Shown here: positions 21,157 to 35,533 of the stretch, one piece after another
Position numbering within the stretch: position 1 is the stretch's first letter
Layout: the number at the start of each line of letters is the position of its first letter
NCBI GenBank assembly: GCA_045603925.1
Contig: JAZUNB010000011.1
Coordinates: forward strand, 1,734-65,733
Source: Eubacteriales bacterium
GTDB taxonomy: Bacteria > Bacillota > Clostridia > Oscillospirales > QAKW01
Direction: 5' to 3'
DNA length: 64,000 bases
The notes under the pieces: generated by a model
Seen by the model: the letters and a program-made list of their open reading frames with translations, nothing else
Databases searched by the model: none
Told to the model about the DNA's origin: nothing
Translations under genes and position numbers: made by a program

Positions 21157-21184
21157 ATTATAGCATTAATACAAGAATTGTCAA
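21157..21184 (-). promoter_or_regulatory. sigma-A type promoter of the BCAA operon
   Basis: Minus strand reads TTGACA (21184-21179), a 16-nt spacer, then TGcTATAAT (extended -10, TATAAT at 21162-21157). Confidence 0.6.
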
Positions 21185-21220
21185 CGGATTTTTCAATATT
21201 TTTTACACTTTAATGCGTTA

Positions 21221-21275
21221 AACAAATAAAACGGCCGAATATGGAAAATTACTGTATAATTTGCCCATATTCGGC
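21221..21275 (-). terminator. rho-independent terminator after ridA
   Basis: 11-bp stem gccgaatatgg (21234-21244) / ccatattcggc (21265-21275). In minus sense it is followed by TTTTATTTGTTT. Confidence 0.6.
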
Positions 21276-21283
21276 TGGATTCA

Positions 21284-21655
21284 TTATAATTCAGCGATCA
21301 CTTCAACCTCAACCAAAACACCTTTGGGAAGGGCTGCGGCAGCAACGCAGCTGCGCGCGGGCTTTTCGGTAAAATACCGACCGTAGATCTCATTAAATAC
21401 AGAAAAATCTTCCATATTCTTCAAAAAGCAAACGGTTTTGACTGCTTTATCATAAGAAGAGCCGGCCGCTTTCAAAACAGCGCCCAGGTTCTTCATTACC
21501 TGCTCGGTCTGCGCCTCGATTCCCTCTGCCTCCACATTTCCGCTCAAAGGGTTAATGGCGATCTGGCCGGAAGTAAAAACCAAGTTTCCGGTGATCACCG
21601 CCTGAGAATAAGGGCCGATGGCAGCAGGGGCATCTTTTGTAAATACCTTTTTCAT
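21284..21655 (-). CDS. ridA: RidA/YjgF-family reactive enamine/imine deaminase
   Basis: 123 aa with AIGPYSQAV...VFTSGQI...ARSCV. Confidence 0.85.
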   Translation of the reverse strand: MKKVFTKDAPAAIGPYSQAVITGNLVFTSGQIAINPLSGNVEAEGIEAQTEQVMKNLGAVLKAAGSSYDKAVKTVCFLKNMEDFSVFNEIYGRYFTEKPARSCVAAAALPKGVLVEVEVIAEL

Positions 21656-21671
21656 ATTTTCTGCTCCTTTT

Positions 21672-21710
21672 AAACAGTAAACCCCTGACCGGAATGCGAT
21701 CAGGGGTTTC
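21672..21710 (-). terminator. terminator-like hairpin after rplL
   Basis: 10-bp stem aaacccctga (21679-21688) / tcaggggttt (21700-21709). The U-tract is weak (TTTACTGTTT). Confidence 0.45.
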
Positions 21711-21720
21711 TCTAATGAAA

Positions 21721-22092
21721 TTACTTCAATTCAACAGTAGCGCCGGCTTCGGTCAGCTTGGTCTTAATTTCCTCAGCCTCATCCTTGGAAGCGCCTTCCT
21801 TAACAGCCTTGGGAGCGTTGTCAACCAGCTCCTTAGCTTCCTTCAGGCCCAGACCGGTGATTTCCTTAACAACCTTGATAACGTTGATCTTGGAAGCGCC
21901 GGCATCGGTCAGGATAACATCGAACTCGGTCTTCTCTTCAGCAGCGGCAGCGCCGGCACCGGGAGCAGCAGCAACAGCAACGGGAGCAGCAGCGGACACG
22001 CCGAACTCCTCTTCGATAGCATGAACCAGGTCAGCCAGTTCCATAACAGACAGGGTCTTGATTTCTTCAACAATATTCTTAATATCAGCCAT
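21721..22092 (-). CDS. rplL: 50S ribosomal protein L7/L12
   Basis: 123 aa with an Ala-rich hinge and the C-terminal domain sequence [24 protein letters not shown]. Confidence 0.95.
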   Translation of the reverse strand: MADIKNIVEEIKTLSVMELADLVHAIEEEFGVSAAAPVAVAAAPGAGAAAAEEKTEFDVILTDAGASKINVIKVVKEITGLGLKEAKELVDNAPKAVKEGASKDEAEEIKTKLTEAGATVELK

Positions 22093-22126
22093 TTGTTTAA
22101 TCCTCCAAATAAAATTAAATTAAAAT

Positions 22127-22636
22127 TTACGCAGGGGTCGCTTCGTTTTTCTGATCCACAACAGCCTGCAGAGCGCGAGCCAAACCGGAAACATTTCCGT
22201 TGAGGGCATACAGCAGCATGCAGAGCAAGGTCTCCTTGCTGGGCATAGTGGCCAGTTTTTCCAGTTCTGCAACAGAAACAACTTTGCCTTCCACAAAGCC
22301 GCCCTTAATGGTGAAGTAGTCGTGATCCTTACCAAACTCATAAAGAACCTTGGCGGGAGCAACAACATCATCATTAGAAACAGCCAAAGCGGTAGTGCCG
22401 TTCAAAACATCGGACAGCTCTTCCAGACCGGCTTCTTTAGCAGCAAAACGGGTCAGAGTGTTCTTCACAACACCGTACTCAACGCCGGCTTCTCTCAGCT
22501 TGCGACGCAGAGCGGTATCATCAGCAACATTGATTCCGCTGTAATCTACCAGAACACCGGTTACTGCATTCTGAAGCTTTTCCTTCAGTTCTGCAACAAC
22601 TGCTTGTTTCTGAGCAATGATCTTATCATTTGCCAT
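22127..22636 (-). CDS. rplJ: 50S ribosomal protein L10
   Basis: The track ORF extends to 22690. The conserved start MANDKIIAQKQAVV is at 22636, preceded by GGAGG. Confidence 0.9.
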   Translation of the reverse strand: MANDKIIAQKQAVVAELKEKLQNAVTGVLVDYSGINVADDTALRRKLREAGVEYGVVKNTLTRFAAKEAGLEELSDVLNGTTALAVSNDDVVAPAKVLYEFGKDHDYFTIKGGFVEGKVVSVAELEKLATMPSKETLLCMLLYALNGNVSGLARALQAVVDQKNEATPA

Positions 22637-22790
22637 GAATTGAATTACCTCCATTAGAATTTCAAAAAAATATGCTCTCAAAGACAGCATAACACCTTTG
22701 AGAGCATAAATATCCTAAGATATAAGCACTCCTCGGCGGGATATTAAGCCGCAAAACGGCACCTGCTGTCTACGAAGTATATTTTCGACT
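22637..22790 (-). promoter_or_regulatory. ribosomal protein L10 leader with attenuator terminator
   Basis: The 5' UTR starts after the promoter TTGACA (22824-22819), 17-nt spacer, TATGAT (22801-22796). It contains GTAGACAGCAGGTGCC...GGC, which looks like an rRNA mimic. A 12-bp hairpin (22672-22683 / 22696-22707) is followed by U8 immediately before the rplJ SD. This matches the Firmicute L10-leader attenuation layout. The assignment is from memory of the motif, not from a covariance-model search. Confidence 0.5.
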
Positions 22791-22831
22791 CAACAATCAT
22801 ACCACTATCGGGTATAATTGTCAAGACTTTT

Positions 22832-23524
22832 TTACATAAACTTAGCCTGATTTACCTTCACACCGGGGCCCATGGTGGAAGCAACAGTGCAGCTTCTCAC
22901 ATACTGACCCTTGGCAGCTGCAGGTCTGGCCTTAATAACAGCGCCCATCAGAGTATTGAAGTTCTCAGTCAGCTTTTCCTTACCAAAGGAAACCTTGCCG
23001 ATCGGGCAGTGGATAATATTGGTCTTATCCAAACGATACTCGATCTTACCGGCTTGGATCTCAGCGATCGCCTTAGCAACATCCATGGTAACGGTACCGG
23101 CCTTGGGGTTGGGCATCAAGCCCTTAGGACCCAGAACACGACCCAGACGGCCAACAACGCCCATCATATCAGGGGTGGCAACAACTACATCGTATTCAAA
23201 CCAGTTTTCATTCTGAATTTTGGGGATCAGTTCCTCACCGCCGACAAAATCAGCACCGGCAGCAGTAGCCTCATCAGCCTTCTCGTTCTTAGCGAAAACC
23301 AGAACGCGAGTGGTTTTACCGGTACCATGGGGCAGTACAACTGCGCCACGAACCTGCTGATCGGCATGACGGGAATCAACACCCAGCTTCACGTGGATCT
23401 CAACGGTCTCGTCGAACTTTGCACGTGCAGCCTTTACAACAGCTTCCAGAGCCTCTTCAACATCATACAGCTTTGCAGAGTCGATGAGCTTGGAGCTTTC
23501 AATATAAGACTTTCCTCTTTTCAC
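22832..23524 (-). CDS. rplA: 50S ribosomal protein L1
   Basis: 230 aa with [12 protein letters not shown] and GPRGLMPNPKxGTV-type motifs. Confidence 0.95.
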   Translation of the reverse strand: MKRGKSYIESSKLIDSAKLYDVEEALEAVVKAARAKFDETVEIHVKLGVDSRHADQQVRGAVVLPHGTGKTTRVLVFAKNEKADEATAAGADFVGGEELIPKIQNENWFEYDVVVATPDMMGVVGRLGRVLGPKGLMPNPKAGTVTMDVAKAIAEIQAGKIEYRLDKTNIIHCPIGKVSFGKEKLTENFNTLMGAVIKARPAAAKGQYVRSCTVASTMGPGVKVNQAKFM

Positions 23525-23577
23525 CTATAAATCCTCCTTTGTGGTATTACGGAATTTTCCTCCCACAGATTTTGACA

Positions 23578-24003
23578 TTACTCTTCGACGGTAACGCCCA
23601 TACTTCTTGCAGTACCTGCGATCATACTCATAGCAGCTTCAACATCCACTGCATTCAGATCGGGCATCTTCTGCTCAGCGATCTTCTTAACCTGTTCTTT
23701 GGTAAGAGTAGCGACCTTGGTCTTGTTGGGCACGCCGGAACCGCTTTCAATACCGGCAGCCTTCTTGATCAGGACCGCAGCAGGCGGAGTCTTGGTAACA
23801 AAAGAGAAAGAATGGTCCGCATAAACGGTAATAACAACCGGGATGATATACCCGATATCATTCTTTGTTCTCTCGTTGAATTCCTTAGCAAACGCCATAA
23901 TGTTAACGCCATGCTGACCCAGAGCGGGACCAACCGGGGGCGCCGGAGTTGCTTTACCTGCCGGAATCTGAAGTTTAATGTACCCTGTTACTTTTTGAGC
24001 CAT
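23578..24003 (-). CDS. rplK: 50S ribosomal protein L11
   Basis: The conserved start [36 protein letters not shown] is at 24003; the track ORF begins 9 nt upstream. Confidence 0.95.
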   Translation of the reverse strand: MAQKVTGYIKLQIPAGKATPAPPVGPALGQHGVNIMAFAKEFNERTKNDIGYIIPVVITVYADHSFSFVTKTPPAAVLIKKAAGIESGSGVPNKTKVATLTKEQVKKIAEQKMPDLNAVDVEAAMSMIAGTARSMGVTVEE

Positions 24004-24103
24004 CTTAAACACCTCCCTCGTGTTTCAATGTGGTAATATAGCGGAAAGATTAAAAAGTACTCTCCTCCCACTTGCGATAACGCACAAAATGTGCGAATCA
24101 GCC

Positions 24104-24625
24104 TTACTCTACGGGTGCGACCTGCTCGAAGGAAACTTCAACGGAAGTTTCACGGCCGAACATGGACACAACCACCTTCAACTTGGCAGACTCGGGATAT
24201 ACCTCATCTACCACACCAACAAAACCGCTCATGTTGGAAGCAACAAAGCGAACGGAATCGCCCTTCTTGTAATCGGTATGAACCACTCTCTTCTCCACGC
24301 CGAGCTTTTCGATCTCAGCCTGAGTAAGAGGAAGGGGCTCGGAGGTAGAGCCGACAAAGCCGGTAACGCCCTGAATATTACGGACGATATACCAGGTCTC
24401 ATCGGTCATAACCATCTTTACCAACACATAACCGGGAAATACCTTACGCTCATATTCCTTCTGACCTTTTTCAGTTGTTTCAACAACGGTTTCGGTAGGA
24501 ACAGAAATATCCTGAATGACTTCTTCCAGTTTGCGGTTTTCAATAATTCTGCGCAGGTTGGTCGCAACCTTGTTTTCATAAGCAGAATAAGTATGAATTG
24601 CATACCATTTAGCCTTATCAGCCAT
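24104..24625 (-). CDS. nusG: transcription termination/antitermination factor NusG
   Basis: 173 aa. The NGN domain begins KWYAIHTYSAYENKV and a C-terminal KOW domain is present. Confidence 0.95.
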   Translation of the reverse strand: MADKAKWYAIHTYSAYENKVATNLRRIIENRKLEEVIQDISVPTETVVETTEKGQKEYERKVFPGYVLVKMVMTDETWYIVRNIQGVTGFVGSTSEPLPLTQAEIEKLGVEKRVVHTDYKKGDSVRFVASNMSGFVGVVDEVYPESAKLKVVVSMFGRETSVEVSFEQVAPVE

Positions 24626-24650
24626 AACGCTCTGCTCCTTTCTTAAAAAA

Positions 24651-24884
24651 TTAACCTAACAATCCGCCGATCCAGTTGGTCAGCCCCTGGATTCCGTTAA
24701 AGAATGCCCAGTCAAAAGCCCAGATGAATACACCGACAACAACCACGCAAACGATAACAATTACGGAATTGTTAACGACCTGCTTAAAGGTCGGCCAGAT
24801 GATTCTCTTGGTCATTTCAACCCGAACCTCACGGAACCAGCCCAAGATTCTGGAAAAGACGGACTTCTTCTTAGCTTCAGCCAT
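24651..24884 (-). CDS. secE: preprotein translocase subunit SecE
   Basis: 77 aa with a single C-terminal TM helix, positioned between rpmG and nusG. Confidence 0.85.
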   Translation of the reverse strand: MAEAKKKSVFSRILGWFREVRVEMTKRIIWPTFKQVVNNSVIVIVCVVVVGVFIWAFDWAFFNGIQGLTNWIGGLLG

Positions 24885-24908
24885 CTTTGCGTCCTCCTTC
24901 TTTGAATC

Positions 24909-25058
24909 TTACTTGGTTTCTCTATGCAAGGTATGCTTTTTGCAGAACTTGCAGTACTTGTTCATCTCAAGTCTGTCGGGGTCGTTTTTCTTGTTCTTCA
25001 TTGTGTCATAGTTTCTTTGCTTGCATTCGGTACAAGCCAGAGTGATCTTGACTCTCAT
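24909..25058 (-). CDS. rpmG: 50S ribosomal protein L33
   Basis: [49 protein letters not shown] (49 aa, with CxxC...CxxC). The track ORF has a spurious 12-codon extension. Confidence 0.9.
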   Translation of the reverse strand: MRVKITLACTECKQRNYDTMKNKKNDPDRLEMNKYCKFCKKHTLHRETK

Positions 25059-25151
25059 TTTGCGGCACCTCCTGTTATTTTGGCCTCCCTGCATTAATAT
25101 TGGCGGCTATTTTTTTGCACAAAAAAATAAGCCCTTCCGGCAGGTATAAGC

Positions 25152-25180
25152 ATTATAGCATATCATTTTACCATAGTCAA
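25152..25180 (-). promoter_or_regulatory. sigma-A type promoter for rpmG-secE-nusG
   Basis: Minus strand reads TTGACT (25180-25175), a 17-nt spacer, then TGcTATAAT (TATAAT at 25157-25152). Confidence 0.55.
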
Positions 25181-25198
25181 GCATTTTTTTATTTTTTA

Positions 25199-25228
25199 TC
25201 AGGCGCCGCAAAACCTTGCGGCGCCTGA
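25199..25228. other. 13-bp GC-rich hairpin downstream of gatB (terminator-like, sense ambiguous)
   Basis: The stem is tcaggcgccgcaa / ttgcggcgcctga. The T-run follows it on the plus strand only; on the minus (genic) strand it is followed by an A-rich sequence. Confidence 0.4.
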
Positions 25229-25241
25229 CCTTTTTAATGTG

Positions 25242-30114
<4,873 letters not shown>

Positions 30115-30115
30115 C

Positions 30116-30742
30116 TTACATCCTGCAATAGATATTGTTTTCTTTTTCGTAGAGCAATGTCGTCTTTCCACCGTGACCGGGATAGCATACGCAATGGTCT
30201 TCTATGGTGAAGAGTTTATTTTTAATTGATTCGATTTCTTTTTTTATATTGCCGAAGGGCGGAAACTCATTTCCGACAGAGCCTTCAAACAAGGTATCGC
30301 CGGTGAACAAAAGGTCTCCCAAGCGCAAGCAAACCGAGCCTTCGGTATGCCCCGGTGTATGAAGCACCTGAAAATCAAAGCCTGCCACAGAAACCCTTTC
30401 ATCCTCCCGCAGAAAGGAAACACCTTTTTGGATCACAATCGGTTTTCCAAGCACCTGCGGAGAAAGATTATACAGCGCCCTTTTCAAAAGCGGCTCATCT
30501 CCGCAGTGGATATAGATGGGGCAATCGAATGCATCACTGATTTGCTCCGCGGCGGCAATATGATCCGCATGACCGTGGGTCAGTAAAATACCCCTCAATT
30601 GAACCTTATGCGCCTTGATCACCCCAAGGATCTTATCTGCATCATCGCCGCAGTCGATCAGCACTCCTTCTCTGCTCTCATCCTGAATAAGCAGATAATT
30701 ATTACATTCCAACCTGCCGCTCACAATTTGAATAAGCTTCAT
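30116..30742 (-). CDS. MBL-fold metallo-hydrolase (glyoxalase II-like)
   Basis: 208 aa with the LTHGHADHI motif and downstream His and Asp ligands. Confidence 0.85.
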   Translation of the reverse strand: MKLIQIVSGRLECNNYLLIQDESREGVLIDCGDDADKILGVIKAHKVQLRGILLTHGHADHIAAAEQISDAFDCPIYIHCGDEPLLKRALYNLSPQVLGKPIVIQKGVSFLREDERVSVAGFDFQVLHTPGHTEGSVCLRLGDLLFTGDTLFEGSVGNEFPPFGNIKKEIESIKNKLFTIEDHCVCYPGHGGKTTLLYEKENNIYCRM

Positions 30743-31188
30743 TACAGCGCCTCGCTATCAATGATAATATTGATGGGGCCGTCATGTAACGCCTCGATCT
30801 TCATATCACCGCCGAATACACCGCCCTGAACCCGAACGCCCATTTCCTTCAGGCGGTTCCATGCATATTGATACAGCTCTTCTGCCGCATCATACTTCAT
30901 ACTCTCAATAAAGGAGGGGCGAAAGCCTTTTTTTACATCCCCGTAAAGCGTGAAGTTTGAAACAAACAGCATCTCACCGTCCACATCCGCCAGGGAACAG
31001 TTCAGTTTTCCGTCGGGATCGTCCATCACCCGAAGTCCTGCCACCTTTTTTAAGGCTTTCTCGATGGATTCCTTGGTATCATTTTCGTGAAAGCCGCAAA
31101 ACACCAGCATTCCTCTGCCGATCTCGGAGATCAGCTCGCCGTCAACGCGTAACGCCGCATGCTTCACAACCGTGCAAATTGCTCTCAT
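30742..31188 (-). CDS. dtd: D-aminoacyl-tRNA deacylase
   Basis: 148 aa with MRAI...SNFTLYGD...RPSF...GPIN-type conserved blocks. Confidence 0.9.
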   Translation of the reverse strand: MRAICTVVKHAALRVDGELISEIGRGMLVFCGFHENDTKESIEKALKKVAGLRVMDDPDGKLNCSLADVDGEMLFVSNFTLYGDVKKGFRPSFIESMKYDAAEELYQYAWNRLKEMGVRVQGGVFGGDMKIEALHDGPINIIIDSEAL

Positions 31189-31196
31189 AGTTCCTC

Positions 31197-33368
31197 CTAT
31201 TGATTTGCTCTGTGAATGTCGATCACATCGGAATTTTTCCGGATCTTGGAAGAAATATAATTCAGATGCTCCAGACTGTGCACCTCAATACTCATTGAGA
31301 TCACCGAAACATCCGTTTCCTCCTCGCGGGAAGAAAGGCTTCGGATATTCACCTTCAGATCCGCAAGGATGCGGGTCAGATTTGCCATAACGCCGATGGC
31401 ATCGTTTACTCGGATCAGAAGCGTCGTGGTAAAGCTGCCGGTCTCGGCATTATCCCAATGGGCCGCCAGCCAACGCTCCGGCTCCATCTCCATCCCCTTG
31501 CGGGCATTGGGGCAATCGGTCTTATGAATGGAAACGCCATAACCCTTGGTAATAAATCCGCAGATATAATCACCGGGCAACGGATTACAGCATTTGGCAA
31601 ATTTGATCAGGCAATTATCGATTCCTTCCACAACCACACCGCCTGCGCTGGCTTTTGGCTTGGAAACAGGAACGATCTTGATGGGCTTATTCTCTTTTTC
31701 CAGCTGATCGCAATAATCCCGAATGCGCCGCTCCACCTTTACAACCGTCATACCCCCGTAACCGATGGCCGCATAAAGATCTTCAACGGAGTTAAAATGC
31801 AGCTGCAGTGCAATGGTCTTCAAAACCTCATCGCGATTTTCCTTGGGCAGACGAATTCCGTTACGCTTCAGTGCCTTTTCCAGTTCATCTAAGCCGGCGG
31901 CAATGTTTTCTTCCCGCCGCTCATTCTTGATCCAATGGCGGATCTTTTGCTTCGCTTCGCTGGTCTTCACAATCTTCAACCAATCGCGGGAAGGACCGTG
32001 AGTCGCCGAAGAGGTGGTCAGAATTTCAATGATCTCACCGTTTTGAGGCTGATACTCCAGGCCAACGATCTTCCCGTTGACCTTAGCACCAACCATCTTA
32101 TTTCCCACCGCGCTATGGATCGCATAGGCAAAATCGATAACCGTTGCGCCGGCAGGCAGATTAACAACATCCCCTCTCGGAGTAAAAACAAATACCTCAT
32201 CATCAAAAAGATCGATCTTCAGCGCCTTGATGAAATCCTCGGTATCCGAAACATCCTCCTGGGATTCCAGAAGAGTTCGTACCCATTTTAGTTTATCATC
32301 GATGGTCGCCTTTCCGTCCTGAACCCCGCTCTTATATTTCCAATGGGCCGCGATACCGTATTCTGCAGTATTATGCATATCCCAGGTGCGGATCTGAACC
32401 TCAAAAGGAATACCCTCTTTACCGATGACTGTCGTATGCAAAGACTGATACATATTGGGCTTTGGGGTAGAGATATAATCCTTGAACCGACCGGGAATCG
32501 GATTATAAAGATCATGGATCACACCCAAAAGAAAATAGCAATCGGTCACTGTATCGGTGATCAGGCGAAACGCATAAAGATCATACAGTTCTTCAAAGGT
32601 TTTATTCTGGGTAAACAGCTTACGGTAAATACTGAACGTATGCTTCAGGCGATAGGTGAGCTTAAAGGGAATATCATATTCCTTCACCTTTTCGCAGATC
32701 ATCGCCTGGGTTCTTTCAATAAACTCATGGCCGTTTACTTCGGTTTCCCGCAGGCGATCCTCGATCATCCTGCAGCCATCGGGATCCAGATAAGAGACCG
32801 AGATATCCTCCATCTCCTGCTTGACCTTCTGCATACCGAGACGATGAGCCAGCGGCGCATAGATCTCAAGAGTCTCGCGGGCGGTATGCAGCTGCTTATC
32901 CCGCGGGCGGGCACCCAGGGTACGGACATTATGCAAGCGATCCGCCAGCTTGATCAGAATAACACGAATGTCCTTGGCCATGGCCAAAAACATCTTGCGC
33001 AGATACTCGATCTGAGCTTCCTCCTTGGTTGTATAGGAGATCTGACCCAGCTTGGTAACACCATCTACCAAAACCGCACAGCCCTCACCGAATTCCTTTT
33101 TGATATCGGCATAGGTCATCGCTGTATCTTCAATGGTATCGTGCAAAAAGGCAGAAACCATTGAATCGGTATCCAAACCGAATTCATATACCAACTTTGC
33201 CACCTCAATGGGATGGCAAACATAAGGCTCACCGGACGAGCGCAACTGACCGTCGTGCTGCTCTTTGGCACGCAGATATGCGCGTTCGATCTTTTCAATA
33301 TCAAACTTCCGGTCGTCTTTTTTCAAAACCTCCACAAAGTCTGAAAACAGCTTTTCATCAATACTCAT
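31197..33368 (-). CDS. relA: bifunctional (p)ppGpp synthetase/hydrolase (RelA/SpoT homologue)
   Basis: 723 aa with an HD domain (HPIEVA...FLHDTIEDT), a synthetase domain, and TGS and C-terminal ACT domains. Confidence 0.9.
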   Translation of the reverse strand: MSIDEKLFSDFVEVLKKDDRKFDIEKIERAYLRAKEQHDGQLRSSGEPYVCHPIEVAKLVYEFGLDTDSMVSAFLHDTIEDTAMTYADIKKEFGEGCAVLVDGVTKLGQISYTTKEEAQIEYLRKMFLAMAKDIRVILIKLADRLHNVRTLGARPRDKQLHTARETLEIYAPLAHRLGMQKVKQEMEDISVSYLDPDGCRMIEDRLRETEVNGHEFIERTQAMICEKVKEYDIPFKLTYRLKHTFSIYRKLFTQNKTFEELYDLYAFRLITDTVTDCYFLLGVIHDLYNPIPGRFKDYISTPKPNMYQSLHTTVIGKEGIPFEVQIRTWDMHNTAEYGIAAHWKYKSGVQDGKATIDDKLKWVRTLLESQEDVSDTEDFIKALKIDLFDDEVFVFTPRGDVVNLPAGATVIDFAYAIHSAVGNKMVGAKVNGKIVGLEYQPQNGEIIEILTTSSATHGPSRDWLKIVKTSEAKQKIRHWIKNERREENIAAGLDELEKALKRNGIRLPKENRDEVLKTIALQLHFNSVEDLYAAIGYGGMTVVKVERRIRDYCDQLEKENKPIKIVPVSKPKASAGGVVVEGIDNCLIKFAKCCNPLPGDYICGFITKGYGVSIHKTDCPNARKGMEMEPERWLAAHWDNAETGSFTTTLLIRVNDAIGVMANLTRILADLKVNIRSLSSREEETDVSVISMSIEVHSLEHLNYISSKIRKNSDVIDIHRANQ

Positions 33369-35416
33369 CCGATCTCACCTGCCTTTTCTTTTAGTTTTTT
33401 TAGTATAACCGAATCCTCAAGGTTCACACGGTTCTCGGGATAGATCTGCATTTCGGTAAGCAAAGAATCCGAAAGCCGATAGCTCAAAACGCCCAATTCC
33501 CGAAGAGAAGATAAGGAAAAATATATCGCGCCGAAGGTAAGGCGGGCCTGCTGTTCGCGGGCGATCCGCTCTTGCAGCGTAAAGAGATCAAAATGCTGCT
33601 TCTCCAAATCCTCTTGCTTTTTGAAATGGCGATATACCGCCGCTATATCATTGCGGGACGGCACATCCGCCAAAGAGACCTCCATCCGCTCAAACCGACG
33701 GAGCAGATTCATCAAAGGCTCGGCTTTTACACTGCCATACCGAATGTCCTTCACCAATAAACGAACACTGGAGCGGCCGTTGTATTCATTAATATCGGCC
33801 TCAAAAACAACATCCACCGTCTCCCCCGCCTGATAGCAAAAATCAAAAGCGGTCACATTGAAATAAAATGCAGTTACCCGCAGATTTCCGCAACGCATAC
33901 TAAGGCGCATATGATTTCCGTTGGCAGTGGGAATGGCCTCCAGCAATTCAGCATTCATAAATCCGAAGATGGGCGTTTCGTTGCCGCGCCCGAAGGGGGC
34001 AAGCTTATCCAACTCCCGAATCTTATGTACATTGAGATCCGCCTCATTTAAAAGACAATCCATCTCTATGCACTCATCAAATTGGTTTTCCGCCAAAAAG
34101 GCATCCACCTTTTGGCAAAAAGCATCCCGAAATTGCTCCAATTGCTCTGTACGCACCAATACACCGGCCGCAAAAGCATGTCCGCCGAATTTTTCAAGGC
34201 CGCCCGACAACTGCTCCAACGCCTCAAACAGATTAAAGGGACGCACGCTCCGACCGGAGCCTTTGGCAAATTCCCCGTTTACCGTAAACAGAATACAGGG
34301 CTTTCCGTAACGCTCCTTCAGGCGGGAAGCGACAATTCCGATCACACCGTTATGCCAATCCTCGCTCCAAAGCACAATGGCATTACGACGGCGAAGAGAA
34401 GGATCTTCTTCGATCATTTCAATTGCCCGGTTCAGGATCTCATTTTCAGTCGACTGCCGTTGCTGATTTTCCTTGCAAAGCTCATCGACCAGCCTTTCGG
34501 CAACCTTTTTATCGCGGGTTGTCAGAAGCTCCACACCCAATTGGGCGCTTCCCATCCGACCGGCCGCATTGATGCGGGGGGCAATAATAAAGCCAACCGT
34601 AGAGGTATCAACAGGGCGGTCTCCAACGCATCGTTCCAGCAGAACCTGCAAGCCGGGGCAGTCTAACTCTTTCATCAGCTCAAGACCTTTGCGTACAATG
34701 AAGCGGTTCTCTTCCCGCATCGGCATAATATCCGCAACGGTTCCGATAGCGGCAAGGGGAGCATACCGCTCAATGCCATCGCCATGCCCCAAAAGAGCAT
34801 TCAACGCGCAAGCCAGCTTATAAACAACACCCACACCGGCGAGCTCTCCGAACGGATAGCCGCTATCGGGGCACTTGGGATTGAGGATCAGGGTATCGGG
34901 CAAAACGCTCTGGCATTCATGGTGATCGGTAATGATCACATCCATTCCAAGCCGCTTTGCCTCTTCCACTTCGTTCACGGCGGTGATACCGGTATCCACC
35001 GTGATCATGAGGGTGGTTCCCTCGGCGGCAATTCGCTCCACTACCGCGCTGTTGACCCCGTATCCATCGGTGAATCGGCTGGGAATATAAAAATCCGCCT
35101 TGCCGCCGAATTCACGCAAAACCTTTAAAAGCAATGAGGTTGCGGTGATTCCGTCCACATCGTAATCACCGTAAACGGTGATTTTTTCTCCGCGACGGAT
35201 GGCAGTAACAATTCGCTCCACCACCGCCTTCATATTGCGGAAAAGATAGGGATCATAAAGAGCATCGGCCGAAGTCTTCAAAAATGCCTTTGCCTCCGCC
35301 GCAGTTGAAATTCCTCTGTTCAGCAAAATGCGGGCAAAGAAATGAGGGCAACGCAGAGCCTTGCATAACGCAGATACATTATGCTCATTCTGCTTCAACA
35401 GTTTCCAATTACGCAT
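33365..35416 (-). CDS. recJ: single-stranded-DNA-specific exonuclease RecJ
   Basis: 683 aa with the DHH motifs GDYDVDGITA and ITDHHE plus a DHHA1 domain. Its stop overlaps the relA start. Confidence 0.9.
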   Translation of the reverse strand: MRNWKLLKQNEHNVSALCKALRCPHFFARILLNRGISTAAEAKAFLKTSADALYDPYLFRNMKAVVERIVTAIRRGEKITVYGDYDVDGITATSLLLKVLREFGGKADFYIPSRFTDGYGVNSAVVERIAAEGTTLMITVDTGITAVNEVEEAKRLGMDVIITDHHECQSVLPDTLILNPKCPDSGYPFGELAGVGVVYKLACALNALLGHGDGIERYAPLAAIGTVADIMPMREENRFIVRKGLELMKELDCPGLQVLLERCVGDRPVDTSTVGFIIAPRINAAGRMGSAQLGVELLTTRDKKVAERLVDELCKENQQRQSTENEILNRAIEMIEEDPSLRRRNAIVLWSEDWHNGVIGIVASRLKERYGKPCILFTVNGEFAKGSGRSVRPFNLFEALEQLSGGLEKFGGHAFAAGVLVRTEQLEQFRDAFCQKVDAFLAENQFDECIEMDCLLNEADLNVHKIRELDKLAPFGRGNETPIFGFMNAELLEAIPTANGNHMRLSMRCGNLRVTAFYFNVTAFDFCYQAGETVDVVFEADINEYNGRSSVRLLVKDIRYGSVKAEPLMNLLRRFERMEVSLADVPSRNDIAAVYRHFKKQEDLEKQHFDLFTLQERIAREQQARLTFGAIYFSLSSLRELGVLSYRLSDSLLTEMQIYPENRVNLEDSVILKKLKEKAGEIG

Positions 35417-35484
35417 TATGCAAGACCTCCTTTAAAAATAATAATTTATTATATCACTATATTTAAAAAGATGCAATAATAATA

Positions 35485-35528
35485 TATAAAAAACGTGCTT
35501 TTCCGTCAAAAACCGAAAAAGCACGTTC
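35485..35528 (-). terminator. rho-independent terminator after the SipL-like gene
   Basis: Minus strand reads gaacgtgctttt...aaaagcacgttc-type stem followed by TTTTTTAT. Confidence 0.7.
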
Positions 35529-35533
35529 TGTTA

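Noticed and set aside
24004-24103. The nusG-rplK intergenic region considered as an L1/L11 autoregulatory leader.
   Set aside because: I could see only one short hairpin (cgcaca-tttt-gtgcg) and could not recognise the L1-binding mimic, so the evidence is insufficient to annotate it.
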